Of a stretch of 64,000 nucleotides of DNA, positions 11,023 to 22,164 are shown one piece after another. This stretch comes from Patescibacteria group bacterium (lineage in GTDB: Bacteria; Patescibacteriota; Kazan-3B-28). The DNA is taken from contig JAWKSK010000002.1 of the NCBI GenBank assembly GCA_041389145.1, forward strand, positions 3,311 to 67,310. The letters are read 5' to 3'. The translations under genes and the position numbers were made by a program. A model generated the notes under the pieces. That model worked only from the letters and a program-made list of their open reading frames with translations. It did not search any database and was not told where the DNA came from. Position 1 is the first letter of the stretch; the number at the start of each line of letters is the position of its first letter.

Positions 11023-11778
11023 ATGGGGGAACCCGGTATGACAAGAAATCGATCAACACTAGTACTATTGGGATTATTGGTAACGGTTGGGTTAACTGCT
11101 GCAGCATGCGGACGGGGACCTGGTCTTGCCAATGACAATCAAGATAATCAACAACAGGATACAGGCTCAACCACTCAAACTCCGGATGGAGTTGATTTGA
11201 GCCTTCCTGATTTAGGAACCGGAAATAGTAATGTTGGTACACCTCCGCAAAGCGGGTTGGGATTACCAGACTCAGTAGCAAGTCAGCCAATACTAGATGC
11301 TGAAGTGCAAAGAGCAACCGCAGCAGTTGCCGAACTGGAAGAAGATGTTGTATTGAAGTTGGTGTCGATGAAGTACATCAATTCATACTCTGATCAAACA
11401 GGGCTATCTACCAACTACTATATATTTGCATCACCTTCTAATCCGCAGTATTACTACTTGGTAAATGTGCCACGTAATGGGGATAGGTTGAAGAGGTTTA
11501 TCATGCCGGTAGACGACTTGGAATTGCAGTTTGATTTATTAGACATGCCGTTCCAATTCTGGAAGCTGTCATATATTGATGCAATCAAGGCAGCTGAAGG
11601 AGTGGGAGCCAAAGAATTTACCACTCAACACTCTAAATTTGATTTGTCTTTAATCTTGGCACAGCCCGCTGGTCAGTATCTGAATTGGTTTTTGACCTAT
11701 AGAGCAACTGACGGTTCTGGTGCAGTGCTGAAGATTGCGGTGGATAGTTACGGTGGTACTGCAAGTATCGTAAGGTAG
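11023..11778 (+). CDS. Putative lipoprotein of unknown function
   Basis: Hydrophobic signal ending LTAAAC (lipobox-like), Q/D/T/G-rich linker, globular C-terminal domain. Confidence 0.7.
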   Translation: MGEPGMTRNRSTLVLLGLLVTVGLTAAACGRGPGLANDNQDNQQQDTGSTTQTPDGVDLSLPDLGTGNSNVGTPPQSGLGLPDSVASQPILDAEVQRATAAVAELEEDVVLKLVSMKYINSYSDQTGLSTNYYIFASPSNPQYYYLVNVPRNGDRLKRFIMPVDDLELQFDLLDMPFQFWKLSYIDAIKAAEGVGAKEFTTQHSKFDLSLILAQPAGQYLNWFLTYRATDGSGAVLKIAVDSYGGTASIVR

Positions 11779-11834
11779 CAGGTATGAACTGCTTAGAATA
11801 ATGATGCTGAATTAGATTCAGTTGAGAATTAAAT

Positions 11835-12902
11835 ATGGCAAAGGACTACTATCAAATACTTGGCGTTGATAAAAACGCATCAGAAGAAGAAATAAAAAAG
11901 GCTTATAGAAAGCTGGCTTTAAAATATCATCCGGATAAGGGTGGTGGAGCAGATGCGGAAGCAAAGTTTAAAGAAGCTAGTGAAGCATATGCAGTACTTT
12001 CTGATAAACAAAAGCGAAGCCAGTATGACCAATTTGGTAGTAGTGCTTTCAATGGAGCTGGTGGATTTAATGGTGGTGGATTTGATTTTAACTCGGCAGA
12101 CTTTTCTGGATTTGAAGATATTTTTGAAAGCTTCTTTGGCGGTGGGTTTGGTGGCAGAACTGCACCACGTCGGGATGTAACAAAAGGCAAGGATATAGAA
12201 GTGGTAATGGAGATTGCCTTTGAGGAAGCGGCAAGTGGAGTAGAGAAAGAGATTCAGATTAATTCAGAGGCAAAGTGTGAGGTATGTGAAGGAACTGGAT
12301 CAACTAATAGACAGGTGAAAAAATGTACCAAGTGTGGTGGTGGTGGTCAGGTTACAGTAACGCGTAACACGATGTTTGGAGCAATTAGGCAAACTGCAAC
12401 CTGTGATGAATGTATGGGTGGAGGTGAAGTACCAGAACAGGTTTGTCGTAATTGTAGGGGCCAGGGAAGAGTACAGGCTCCACATAAAGTTAATGTGAAA
12501 ATACCGGCTGGTATTGATAATGGGCAGACTATTAGAATTCCTGGTCAGGGTGGAGCAGGGATAAGAGGCGCCAAGTCAGGGGATTTATATATTGTGGTAA
12601 AAGTAATGCCAAGTCGTGAATTCAGACGACAGGGTGCTAATTTGTATAAGAGTATTGAAGTTCCATATTCTAAGTTGGTGTTGGGTGGAATGGTGATGGT
12701 AAATACACTTCAAGGTGAGGTGAAGTTAAAGATACCTGCAGCTACCCAAGTTGGTGAGAACTTTAGAATTAAGAATCACGGAATGCCAATATTAGAAGGT
12801 AGAGGTAAAGGTGATTTATATGTACAGGTGGGAATTATGATTCCAAGTCGTCTGACTTTGCAACAAAGAAGACTGATTGAAGAACTGGATAACGAGCAGT
12901 AA
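11835..12902 (+). CDS. dnaJ: Chaperone DnaJ
   Basis: J-domain HPD, G/F region, four CxxCxGxG repeats. Confidence 0.98.
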   Translation: MAKDYYQILGVDKNASEEEIKKAYRKLALKYHPDKGGGADAEAKFKEASEAYAVLSDKQKRSQYDQFGSSAFNGAGGFNGGGFDFNSADFSGFEDIFESFFGGGFGGRTAPRRDVTKGKDIEVVMEIAFEEAASGVEKEIQINSEAKCEVCEGTGSTNRQVKKCTKCGGGGQVTVTRNTMFGAIRQTATCDECMGGGEVPEQVCRNCRGQGRVQAPHKVNVKIPAGIDNGQTIRIPGQGGAGIRGAKSGDLYIVVKVMPSREFRRQGANLYKSIEVPYSKLVLGGMVMVNTLQGEVKLKIPAATQVGENFRIKNHGMPILEGRGKGDLYVQVGIMIPSRLTLQQRRLIEELDNEQ

Positions 12903-12935
12903 AAAGCCACCCGGGGGTGGCTGTAGTGAATCCAG

Positions 12936-13169
12936 TTATGACAGAGTTGGAAGCTTACTCGTAAGTTCATGAAGCACTGTAGAGGTGTCCTTATTTATCC
13001 ATTCCCAGTTGGCGGGATTATTGAATGTTTCAAGGACAACCTCTAGATAGTAGCTTCTTACTTCAGGGTTTACCCAACGGGCAAGTTGTCTGAGAGCTGC
13101 GTCCTTTACATTGGGGTCCTCGGTACTGGATTTGATGATGGTGCACAGGCGGTCATGGTCCAAACCCAT
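12936..13169 (-). CDS. Orphan small helical protein
   Basis: SD AAGGAG, promoter TTGACA-17-TTTAAT at 13198-13226, terminator at 12901-12922. Confidence 0.65.
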   Translation of the reverse strand: MGLDHDRLCTIIKSSTEDPNVKDAALRQLARWVNPEVRSYYLEVVLETFNNPANWEWINKDTSTVLHELTSKLPTLS

Positions 13170-13290
13170 ACCGACTCCTTTGGTTTAAACTGGCTTCATT
13201 AAAGATTTATTGGAAGCGATTGTCAACTTTACTTTTTACTGGTTTGGGGCTACATTTAATGAGGTAATTTAAGACTAACGAAAGTGCATT

Positions 13291-13806
13291 ATGATCCCGA
13301 ATTGGGATGTTGTATTTCTGGCATTTGGGGGCGTAAGTCTTGTATATGGCTTGATGCTCCGCGAACGTATCGTAGTTACATTACTAGGTGCGTATGCAGC
13401 AATGATAGTCGCTGATAGATGGGGCGAAGCTCTTTATAATGTAGTAACGGAACAGGGTAGCCAGATCTTAAATCAAGCATTGATTAACGGAAATGTGTCT
13501 GTGTTTACTGTTCAGTTGGTGCTGTTCTCAATTGTAATGCTGATTATTGCACTAAGAGGTGGAGTATTTATTCATCACGAAGCAATGGGAGCGGGTATCA
13601 TGGCTCATATTGTGCAAATGATTTATGGATTACTGATTGCAGCAATGATTGCTTCTGTAATCCTAGGATTCTTACCTGCAGATCAGCTGCAAGTCATTTA
13701 TGAGAATTCAGAGTTTGCTAAACCACTTGTTGATTATCAGGCATGGTTACTGATAGCTCCTTTGATTCTGATGTTCTTTGCAGGTTGGGGACGGAGGTTT
13801 GATTAG
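13291..13806 (+). CDS. Membrane protein, CvpA-like topology
   Basis: WDVVFL...YGL start and 4-5 TM segments; family assignment tentative. Confidence 0.55.
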   Translation: MIPNWDVVFLAFGGVSLVYGLMLRERIVVTLLGAYAAMIVADRWGEALYNVVTEQGSQILNQALINGNVSVFTVQLVLFSIVMLIIALRGGVFIHHEAMGAGIMAHIVQMIYGLLIAAMIASVILGFLPADQLQVIYENSEFAKPLVDYQAWLLIAPLILMFFAGWGRRFD

Positions 13807-13814
13807 AGTTAGTT

Positions 13815-14210
13815 ATGAGAATAAGATCGCTCACAGTAGGTGGGGAAAACGTAGAATGGCTCCAATGGAGTCGTTTTAAACGTAGGGAAAAAAGTGTCAC
13901 CATGTTTGTGGGAATTGCAGTATTATTGCATCTAATCTTTTGGGTAATATGGCATTTTTTCATTGCTCCGTATCCGATCGCATTAACTTTGCCAGTGGTA
14001 TTGGATCTTCCTGAAAATTTGCTCTGGGTCACTGATTACTTGTGGCCATTGGCTAATACTGTTATTCTGGCGTTTAACATTTGGTTGATCTACAGAGTGT
14101 ATAAAAAAGATATATTTGCTAGCTGGTTATTGATTGGAGGAACATTGTTCTTACAATTGGTGGTTTTGTCGGTAACTTTCTATCTAGCTTCATTCATTAG
14201 TCCGTTATAA
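13815..14210 (+). CDS. Hypothetical membrane protein (3 TM)
   Basis: Hydrophobic ORF closely spaced in the operon. Confidence 0.65.
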   Translation: MRIRSLTVGGENVEWLQWSRFKRREKSVTMFVGIAVLLHLIFWVIWHFFIAPYPIALTLPVVLDLPENLLWVTDYLWPLANTVILAFNIWLIYRVYKKDIFASWLLIGGTLFLQLVVLSVTFYLASFISPL

Positions 14211-14212
14211 AG

Positions 14213-15865
14213 ATGTTTAGTCGTTCAGCACAGAGATTTTGGGAAATTTTACCAGGTTTAACTACCTGGTCGATTTTAATATTGCCAGTTATTCTATCGA
14301 TTTTTTTTCCGGAAGGATTGGCATATTTCATTATTGTTTTTGATGTTTACTGGTTAACTAACGCCTTAATATTTGGAGGTCATCTGTGGTCTGGATTTAT
14401 TCATATGAAGCGAGCCATGAAAATAGATTGGCTGGAACGGTTGCATAAGACAGATAACTTGCAGGCTTGGTCTGATGAACTTAAGGCTAAGTTATTAGGT
14501 TTACGGGGTTTTGAAGCACGTAAGGTACATGAGGAATGGGAAGAGGTAGAAGCAATATTGAGACTTCCTGAAACCCAGAAGTCATGGCGGGAAGTGGTGC
14601 ATTCCGTAATTTATGCAATATATAAAGAGAGCTACGAAGTGGTAACTGCTTCGGTGCAGGCATGTTTAGCTACTAATTATCCAAAGGATAGGATAATGCT
14701 GGTATTGGCATTAGAAGAGAGGGCAGGTGAGGAGGCAGTGAAGATGGCGAATCGAATAAAAGAAGAATACGGAGATCAATTCTTTGATGTCTTGATTACT
14801 GTTCATCCAGATGGAATCGTAGGCGAAATTAAAGCCAAGGGAGCTAATGTATATCACGCAGGTCAGGAGTTAAAGAAGTATGTAGATGAGCATCAAATGG
14901 ATTATGAGGATGTGATGGTGTCTTGTTTTGACGCAGATACACTGCCAAGTCGTCAGTACTTTGCCAATCTGACTTATAAATATGTAATTAATCCGGAAAG
15001 AACCTATCGGAGTTATCAGCCAATCCCATTATTTAATAACAACATGTGGGATGTTCCAATGATGAATAGGCTAGTAGCTTTTGGTTCTTCCTATTGGCAG
15101 ATTATTGAGTCTACTCGTCCGTATCGACTTGTTAATTTCTCTTCACAAGCAATGAGTTTGAAGACCTTGGTAGAGATTGATTTTTGGGACAAGAGTGTGG
15201 TATCAGAGGATTCAAAGCAGTATTACCGGGCATATTATCACTATCATGGTAACCACAAAGTTGTTCCAATCTTTGCACCAGTATCAATGGATGCAGTGAT
15301 GGGTAAAAACTATTGGGACACAATGAAGGCCCAGTATATCCAAAAGCGGAGATGGGCATGGGGGATTGAGCATCTTCCATATGTAATGGAGAAGTTCTTC
15401 TCAAAGAGGGGAATCATGACTTTTTATGAAAGAGCTATTCACCCGTATAGAATATATGTAGGACATGTAGCATGGGCTACATCGTCACTGTTGATTGCAT
15501 TGGGTGCATGGATGCCAGTGTGGTTGAATGCGGACTTTAGAAGCTCAATCCTGGCATATCATCTACCAGTTCTTGCCCGTGATTTATTAAGTATTACCTG
15601 GGTAGGTATTGCTCTTCAGGCAATTATTGCAATGCAATTGTTGCCACCAAGACCAGACCATCATGGGATTGGTAAGAATATTGAGATGATTTTGATGTGG
15701 ATTCTAATGCCAATATCTGGAATATTGTTTGGATCATTGGCAGCAATTGATGCTGAAACGAGATTGATGTTTGGAAGATATCTGGGTTTTCATGTAACTG
15801 CAAAAGAGCGTAAAAGTACGATTGATCACCATCGGGTGGATATTACTTCGGTTAAGAACTCTTAA
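14213..15865 (+). CDS. Membrane glycosyltransferase family 2
   Basis: KAKGAN, FDADT, SEDS, QKRRWAWG (QxxRW) motifs with flanking TM helices. Confidence 0.88.
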   Translation: MFSRSAQRFWEILPGLTTWSILILPVILSIFFPEGLAYFIIVFDVYWLTNALIFGGHLWSGFIHMKRAMKIDWLERLHKTDNLQAWSDELKAKLLGLRGFEARKVHEEWEEVEAILRLPETQKSWREVVHSVIYAIYKESYEVVTASVQACLATNYPKDRIMLVLALEERAGEEAVKMANRIKEEYGDQFFDVLITVHPDGIVGEIKAKGANVYHAGQELKKYVDEHQMDYEDVMVSCFDADTLPSRQYFANLTYKYVINPERTYRSYQPIPLFNNNMWDVPMMNRLVAFGSSYWQIIESTRPYRLVNFSSQAMSLKTLVEIDFWDKSVVSEDSKQYYRAYYHYHGNHKVVPIFAPVSMDAVMGKNYWDTMKAQYIQKRRWAWGIEHLPYVMEKFFSKRGIMTFYERAIHPYRIYVGHVAWATSSLLIALGAWMPVWLNADFRSSILAYHLPVLARDLLSITWVGIALQAIIAMQLLPPRPDHHGIGKNIEMILMWILMPISGILFGSLAAIDAETRLMFGRYLGFHVTAKERKSTIDHHRVDITSVKNS

Positions 15866-16493
15866 TCGTTTTCTCGATAAAGAAGTGTGATTTTGAATTG
15901 GCTAGTTTAAGTAGTTCTAAGTTGGCTGGTAAAACTTCTTTTGGGCTGTAATCACTAAGGTTTCCCCAGAAGGAATTTTTTAGTTTGCCAGTTGGGTGAT
16001 GCCCAACGAAAACGTGGGCTAACATTTGGCTAACTAATTCGTCCTGTTCGTAAACGGTAATGTAGGAATCACCGATGTGATTTAAATCGGCTTTAATGCC
16101 GGTTTTTTCTTTTAGTTCTCGATTGGCAGCTGTAAGGATGGATTCACCTAAATGAATTTTACCGTACGGAAAACCTATTAAATCGATAAAGGGTTGTTTT
16201 TGGCGTTGGTATAAGAGCTGTTGCCCGTCTTCGTTAAAAACGATGATAAGGGTAACGATTTTAGGTTGGATTCTGGGTTGAAAACTTTTAAGGCTTAATT
16301 TATCAGCGAATGCCTTGCCGGTAGGGGTGAGGTGGTAGTGGTCATTGGTTTTGGTAACTAAGTTTTTTGAAATTAGTTTTTTGAGGTAATACATAAAATG
16401 ATTACCTTCTACAGTAAGGGGTTTGATGTCCCTGTATCTGGCTTTGTTTTTGTGGACGAGAATACTTAAGATGTGGTTTTCGATTTTGTGCAT
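15852..16493 (-). CDS. N-terminal winged-helix plus Nudix domain protein
   Basis: wHTH-like YYLKKLISKNLV...YHLTPTG; Nudix box GKIHLGESILTAANRELKEKTG. Confidence 0.8.
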   Translation of the reverse strand: MHKIENHILSILVHKNKARYRDIKPLTVEGNHFMYYLKKLISKNLVTKTNDHYHLTPTGKAFADKLSLKSFQPRIQPKIVTLIIVFNEDGQQLLYQRQKQPFIDLIGFPYGKIHLGESILTAANRELKEKTGIKADLNHIGDSYITVYEQDELVSQMLAHVFVGHHPTGKLKNSFWGNLSDYSPKEVLPANLELLKLANSKSHFFIEKTIKSS

Positions 16494-16681
16494 GTGAATA
16501 TTATATATGAATTTGACTCAAAATGTTTTGACTAGAGAGTAAGTTTTATCGTAGATATTATTAGGTTGGTTTTGAACCTTACATTGTGGCGAGGATGACA
16601 TGGATAAGCAGAAGCTTGTCGGAATAGGTGGTCCAATTCCTGCCGAACTATTATCTGAACTTCACAAGTTAGAGGAGGAGT

Positions 16682-17806
16682 ATGAAGACGAACGTGGAGA
16701 GGGAGAACAGGTGGATGGTTCTCGAATGGGATCAGCAAACTGTGTTGGGCTCATGTGAACCGGTCACTATCGTACAAGGCTTTCTTCCTGGGCATGAATA
16801 TGTTCGGGTTCGTCTTGTCTTTGACGTGAATAACAAATTCGTGAAGGCATCTCTGGACCGAAAGTCTGGATGGGGTCATGATCGCAAGGAGGCTACTTGT
16901 CCCTTGGGGGAACAGGAGGCGTCTGTATTACTACGGAGCTGCGGTCATCGTGTGATCAACAAGCTACGTTACACACTTAACCAAGACAATGGTGTAGAAG
17001 AGAGCTTGGACATCTACGATGGTGTGCTGGTTCCCTTTGGCCTGGTCAAGTTTGAACGAGAAGGTAGTCTTGATGAAAGTCTTCCTCTCGGGATACACGA
17101 TGCAGTCAAGGTTACCAACACCGTTTCAGACCAACAGCTGGCTGAGCTCTGTGAAGAGATTCAGCTTGGGATGTGGGAAGGAGTTGGTCCTGAAGTTCTT
17201 ATGGAGCAAATCCTGGATCCGATCAGGACAACAGTGATAACCGGTCCACCTGGATCGGGAAAAACTTCGGTGCTCAAGGTGCTAAAGACAGCAATGGGGC
17301 ATCAGATTCATTTCCTGGATGAGGTTGCCAGAATGGTGATCACTGGCTGTAACTGTCCTGTCCCGATTGATTTTCCAAGCGAGATGAAACGATTTGAGCG
17401 GTTGGTGATGTCAACTCAACAAACGGTTCACAAGTTTGGCTTGCAGAGGGCGAGGCTGGCTGGGAAAAAGATTCTGGTTTCTGACCGGTTTCTGGACCCT
17501 GTGGCATATCTAGGACCAGGTCTGAATCGTGGGCAGAAAGAGACCATCTTACGGGTGAATATTGGGTATGAACTGTCCAAGATTTACCAGGTTATTGTTC
17601 TGTTGCTGCCAGACAGAGAGACCTATGAGAGATATCAGTCTCAGGATGATGCACGGTCTGAGTCTTATGATGAGGCTCTATTGATCCAGGAATGGATTCT
17701 GGATGTCTACTCATCCCATCCCAATCTACTGACTGTCAATCCGGTCGCTGAAGGTCAACTTGATGCCAAGTTTGATCTCGTACGCAGGGCTATTGTTGGA
17801 GAGTAG
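16682..17806 (+). CDS. CYTH-like domain fused to NadR/AAA_28-type P-loop kinase
   Basis: N-terminal ERENRW, IVQGFL, VRVR, KLRY, LDIYDG, FERE (CYTH pattern); C-terminal ITGPPGSGKTS, DEVAR, SDR, RSES; SD GAGGAGG. Confidence 0.72.
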   Translation: MKTNVERENRWMVLEWDQQTVLGSCEPVTIVQGFLPGHEYVRVRLVFDVNNKFVKASLDRKSGWGHDRKEATCPLGEQEASVLLRSCGHRVINKLRYTLNQDNGVEESLDIYDGVLVPFGLVKFEREGSLDESLPLGIHDAVKVTNTVSDQQLAELCEEIQLGMWEGVGPEVLMEQILDPIRTTVITGPPGSGKTSVLKVLKTAMGHQIHFLDEVARMVITGCNCPVPIDFPSEMKRFERLVMSTQQTVHKFGLQRARLAGKKILVSDRFLDPVAYLGPGLNRGQKETILRVNIGYELSKIYQVIVLLLPDRETYERYQSQDDARSESYDEALLIQEWILDVYSSHPNLLTVNPVAEGQLDAKFDLVRRAIVGE

Positions 17807-17822
17807 AAAATGGTCATAATTA

Positions 17823-17848
17823 CCGCCCCCTCGGGGGCGGCTTTTTTT
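17823..17848 (+). terminator. Intrinsic terminator
   Basis: CCGCCCCC-TC-GGGGGCGG followed by a T-run. Confidence 0.85.
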
Positions 17849-17863
17849 ATCTGAAAATAGGTG

Positions 17864-17892
17864 TTGACATAGGATGTAGGGGTCTGTATTCT
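17864..17892 (+). promoter_or_regulatory. 16S rRNA promoter
   Basis: TTGACA-17 nt-TATTCT about 240 nt upstream of the 16S gene. Confidence 0.75.
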
Positions 17893-18127
17893 AGTACTTG
17901 CAAAATTAATCTTTTAAAACGAGGTGAATTTGGAGCGAAAGCTTCATAGACGGGTGCAAAATATTGCAGCTGTTTTTACATCATTCTAGCGATTGATTTT
18001 ACGCCCTTTTCCAATCAGTAAGTACTTAGATATCCTTTAGAGTTAATTATTTTTGGGCTTACTTATTAAGTAAGCTAACAGTTGGAATCATCCGGACGCC
18101 TATTTATAGGTGTCACGGTTTCAACTT

Positions 18128-19592
<1,465 letters not shown>

Positions 19593-19742
19593 CTAGGGAG
19601 AAAGATTGATAGTAGGTAACCTTGACCTTGTGTCGGTTATACAACTATCTATCTCTAGATGTAGTCGATGCGCTTTGTAAACGGCTTGTGAACAAAGCGT
19701 AGGGGATATCTAAGTACTTATTGGTTAGAAGAGGATATACGA

Positions 19743-19770
19743 TTAACGGCTCACGAAAGTGAGCCGTTAA
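19743..19770 (+). terminator. Hairpin closing the 16S transcription unit
   Basis: TTAACGGCTCAC-GAAA-GTGAGCCGTTAA perfect stem with GNRA loop. Confidence 0.75.
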
Positions 19771-19790
19771 TTTATGTACTAATTGGTGGT

Positions 19791-20201
19791 TTAGCGCCAG
19801 TAGCCGATAATGGCTGCCATGGCGATGAGGGAAACCAACCAGTATCCTGCGTTTATGAACCAATATGTCCAAGGTTTTTGTTCCCAAGTGACTGCACCCA
19901 TGGTGATAGGCACAAAGAAGCCTAACCATGCCCAGAATGCGGTTGAGATGGCGCTCTGGACAGTGATTTCAATCCCGAAGCCTTGGGCTGCGAGATAAAT
20001 GAAGTGGGAGAGGATGTAGGCCATTAGGAAGCCTGTGATGATCATAAGAACCCAGCTGATAACTGGTGTGTTCTTCATATTCACATTGGCAATCTTGGAC
20101 CAGTAATCACCAAAAACTTTAGGAGAATACCAAATAGATCCAATGACCATATTAGAAACCACGGCTGCTAGAATTGCTAGATAGTTTACAGGAATATCCA
20201 T
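19791..20201 (-). CDS. DUF1761-like membrane protein
   Basis: VNYLAILAA...GSIWYSPKVFG..W and INAGYWLV motifs. Confidence 0.8.
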   Translation of the reverse strand: MDIPVNYLAILAAVVSNMVIGSIWYSPKVFGDYWSKIANVNMKNTPVISWVLMIITGFLMAYILSHFIYLAAQGFGIEITVQSAISTAFWAWLGFFVPITMGAVTWEQKPWTYWFINAGYWLVSLIAMAAIIGYWR

Positions 20202-20279
20202 ATTGAGGATGGAGTAAATATTATTGATTACATTATAGGATAAAAACTAAAAAACATCCGTTGTGGATGTTTTTAGCAT

Positions 20280-20356
20280 TGGTGGACCTGCGGGGATTCG
20301 AACCCCGGACCCCCTGCTTGCAAAGCAGGTGCTCTAGCCAACTGAGCTACAGGCCC
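20280..20356 (-). tRNA. tRNA-Ala(TGC)
   Basis: GGGCCTGTAGCTCAG...CCTGCTTTGCAAGCAGG...AGGTCCACCA; G3-U70 pair. Confidence 0.97.
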
Positions 20357-20396
20357 AATGTGTTAATAAACGAGCTTTTGCAAGCTCATATGGATT

Positions 20397-20612
20397 TTAT
20401 ATACCTAAGAAGCCTAAGTCAATAAAGTTAAGCATAATTAGGAGCCCAAGAAGGATTCCAATAATGCCAAATAGGAAGTAGGCGTAGTAGGTACTACCCA
20501 GATATCTTTCTGCCCAAGCTATCTGTAATCCGACTACTTCAGTGACTTTCTTGTAGTTGATTGCCAATAAGAGGCCGAGTACAAACAAAACGATCCCAAT
20601 AAAAAATTTCAT
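20397..20612 (-). CDS. Small 2-TM membrane protein
   Basis: Hydrophobic ORF with central WAERYLG; TATAAT 6 nt before ATG. Confidence 0.75.
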   Translation of the reverse strand: MKFFIGIVLFVLGLLLAINYKKVTEVVGLQIAWAERYLGSTYYAYFLFGIIGILLGLLIMLNFIDLGFLGI

Positions 20613-20696
20613 AACTAGATTATATCAGGTTGGAATTGTATTGATAGGTACTGGATTTTTTGCTATTTTAACTGTATTCTAAAACACGTTAGAGAA

Positions 20697-20773
20697 GGGC
20701 ATATAGCTCAGCTGGTTAGAGCGCAGTCCTGATAAGACTGAGGTCCCTGGTTCGAATCCAGGTATGCCCACCA
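20697..20773 (+). tRNA. tRNA-Ile(GAT)
   Basis: GGGCATATAGCTCAG...CAGTCCTGATAAGACTG...TATGCCCACCA. Confidence 0.97.
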
Positions 20774-20811
20774 CAATCTAAATAAAAAACAGAGCTTCTT
20801 CGCTCTGTTTT

Positions 20812-21372
20812 TTAATCCCAATGATCTTCCTCTAGATTTGCAAACTGGAGTTCTTTTCTTTCTAGGACTTGAAGTAGATGGGTTAGGTGAGAAAGGAAAT
20901 CACTAATCACTGAATAGTTGGAATCTTGAGCTGCTAGTTCTTTAATTTCTGCTAGTACCTGTTGAGATTCAAGGATGGCTGCCCGCATTAAGCTACTGGC
21001 TTTGTTTTGACCGGGTACAAGCTGTTTAAGAGTGGGAGAAATTCCGACGTTAAAATAGGCGATACAGTTCATAAGACCTTGGACATCTGATGCATTGATG
21101 GCACCTAAGGCGGCGATGGTGGAGGGATCGATTTTGTTTTGAAGCATGAACTTTAAACCAAATAACTTATGCTGAATTTTTTGAATAAGCTTTTTAACAT
21201 CTGGTATATTTGAAAAAGCTCTGGCTACCCCCAGAGCAACGATAAGTTTTTCAATATCTTGATGCGTGTTAGTCGATGGAGTTGGTTTGGCAAAGATATC
21301 TGCTAAATTACCCATCGGTCTATCGTTGGGGGAATTCGGCTGATTTGTGCTTCTAGAATAAGTTTTTACCAT
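20812..21372 (-). CDS. Degenerate PduO-type cob(I)alamin adenosyltransferase-like protein
   Basis: Helix pattern ALGVARA, IQHKLF, LVPG..KASSLM, DFLSHLTHLL aligns by eye to PduO; ATP-binding motif absent. Confidence 0.55.
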   Translation of the reverse strand: MVKTYSRSTNQPNSPNDRPMGNLADIFAKPTPSTNTHQDIEKLIVALGVARAFSNIPDVKKLIQKIQHKLFGLKFMLQNKIDPSTIAALGAINASDVQGLMNCIAYFNVGISPTLKQLVPGQNKASSLMRAAILESQQVLAEIKELAAQDSNYSVISDFLSHLTHLLQVLERKELQFANLEEDHWD

Positions 21373-21414
21373 ACAGGACATAGTAGCACAAGTTGGTTTA
21401 GGTACAATATAGCT

Positions 21415-22164
21415 ATGGCAGAAATCAAAACTACAGGAATTGTTATCAAAAAGACAGATCTGGGAGAAGCGGATAGATTATTAACTGTCCTATCTTCAGA
21501 TTTAGGTAAGGTGAAGGTAGTGGGTAAAGGGATTAGAAGACCCAAAGCAAAGCTGTCTGCTTGGTTAGATATGTTTAGATACAATCATCTAACCCTGGCT
21601 AAGGGTAAGACATTTTATATTGCTACAGGCGCTCAGACCGAGGAGCTGCTACTCAAGGAAGGAATGGATTGGGATCGCTTAGCGGTTGGTTATTACCTGT
21701 GTGAATTGCTGGATAAGAACGTAGAGGAACATCAGGAGCTTCCGGGCTTATTTGAATTGTTAAGAGAATCACTAATGGATTTAGGTCAAGGAGAGGTATC
21801 TGAGCTGCTGATTAGAGCGAGCTTTGAATTAAAGTTTTTAGAATTGTTAGGGGTTAGTCCAGAACTTGAAAGGTGTGTGGTGACTGAAGCGGAGCTGAAT
21901 GTAGAACAGCAATACTTCTTTAGTATGCGAATGGGTGGAGTGGTAAGCCAGGAGGGTATACACCGGGATGATTTCGCCAGACAGGTGGGTGTGAATGAAA
22001 TAAAGATGATGCGAGTGTTGCGTCAGTATCCAGTTACAGCAGTGGCCAAGATTAAGGTAGAGAGTGAGGTAATAGAAAAAACAGCCCTATGTATATCGGA
22101 CTTTGTGGCACACGTTCTAGAGGCAAGAACTAAATCAATGAAGGTTAGCGAAGCAATAGCTTAG
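21415..22164 (+). CDS. recO: DNA repair protein RecO
   Basis: TGIVIKKTDLGEADRLLT, KGIRRPKAKL, FELKFLELLG.SPELERCV. Confidence 0.95.
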   Translation: MAEIKTTGIVIKKTDLGEADRLLTVLSSDLGKVKVVGKGIRRPKAKLSAWLDMFRYNHLTLAKGKTFYIATGAQTEELLLKEGMDWDRLAVGYYLCELLDKNVEEHQELPGLFELLRESLMDLGQGEVSELLIRASFELKFLELLGVSPELERCVVTEAELNVEQQYFFSMRMGGVVSQEGIHRDDFARQVGVNEIKMMRVLRQYPVTAVAKIKVESEVIEKTALCISDFVAHVLEARTKSMKVSEAIA

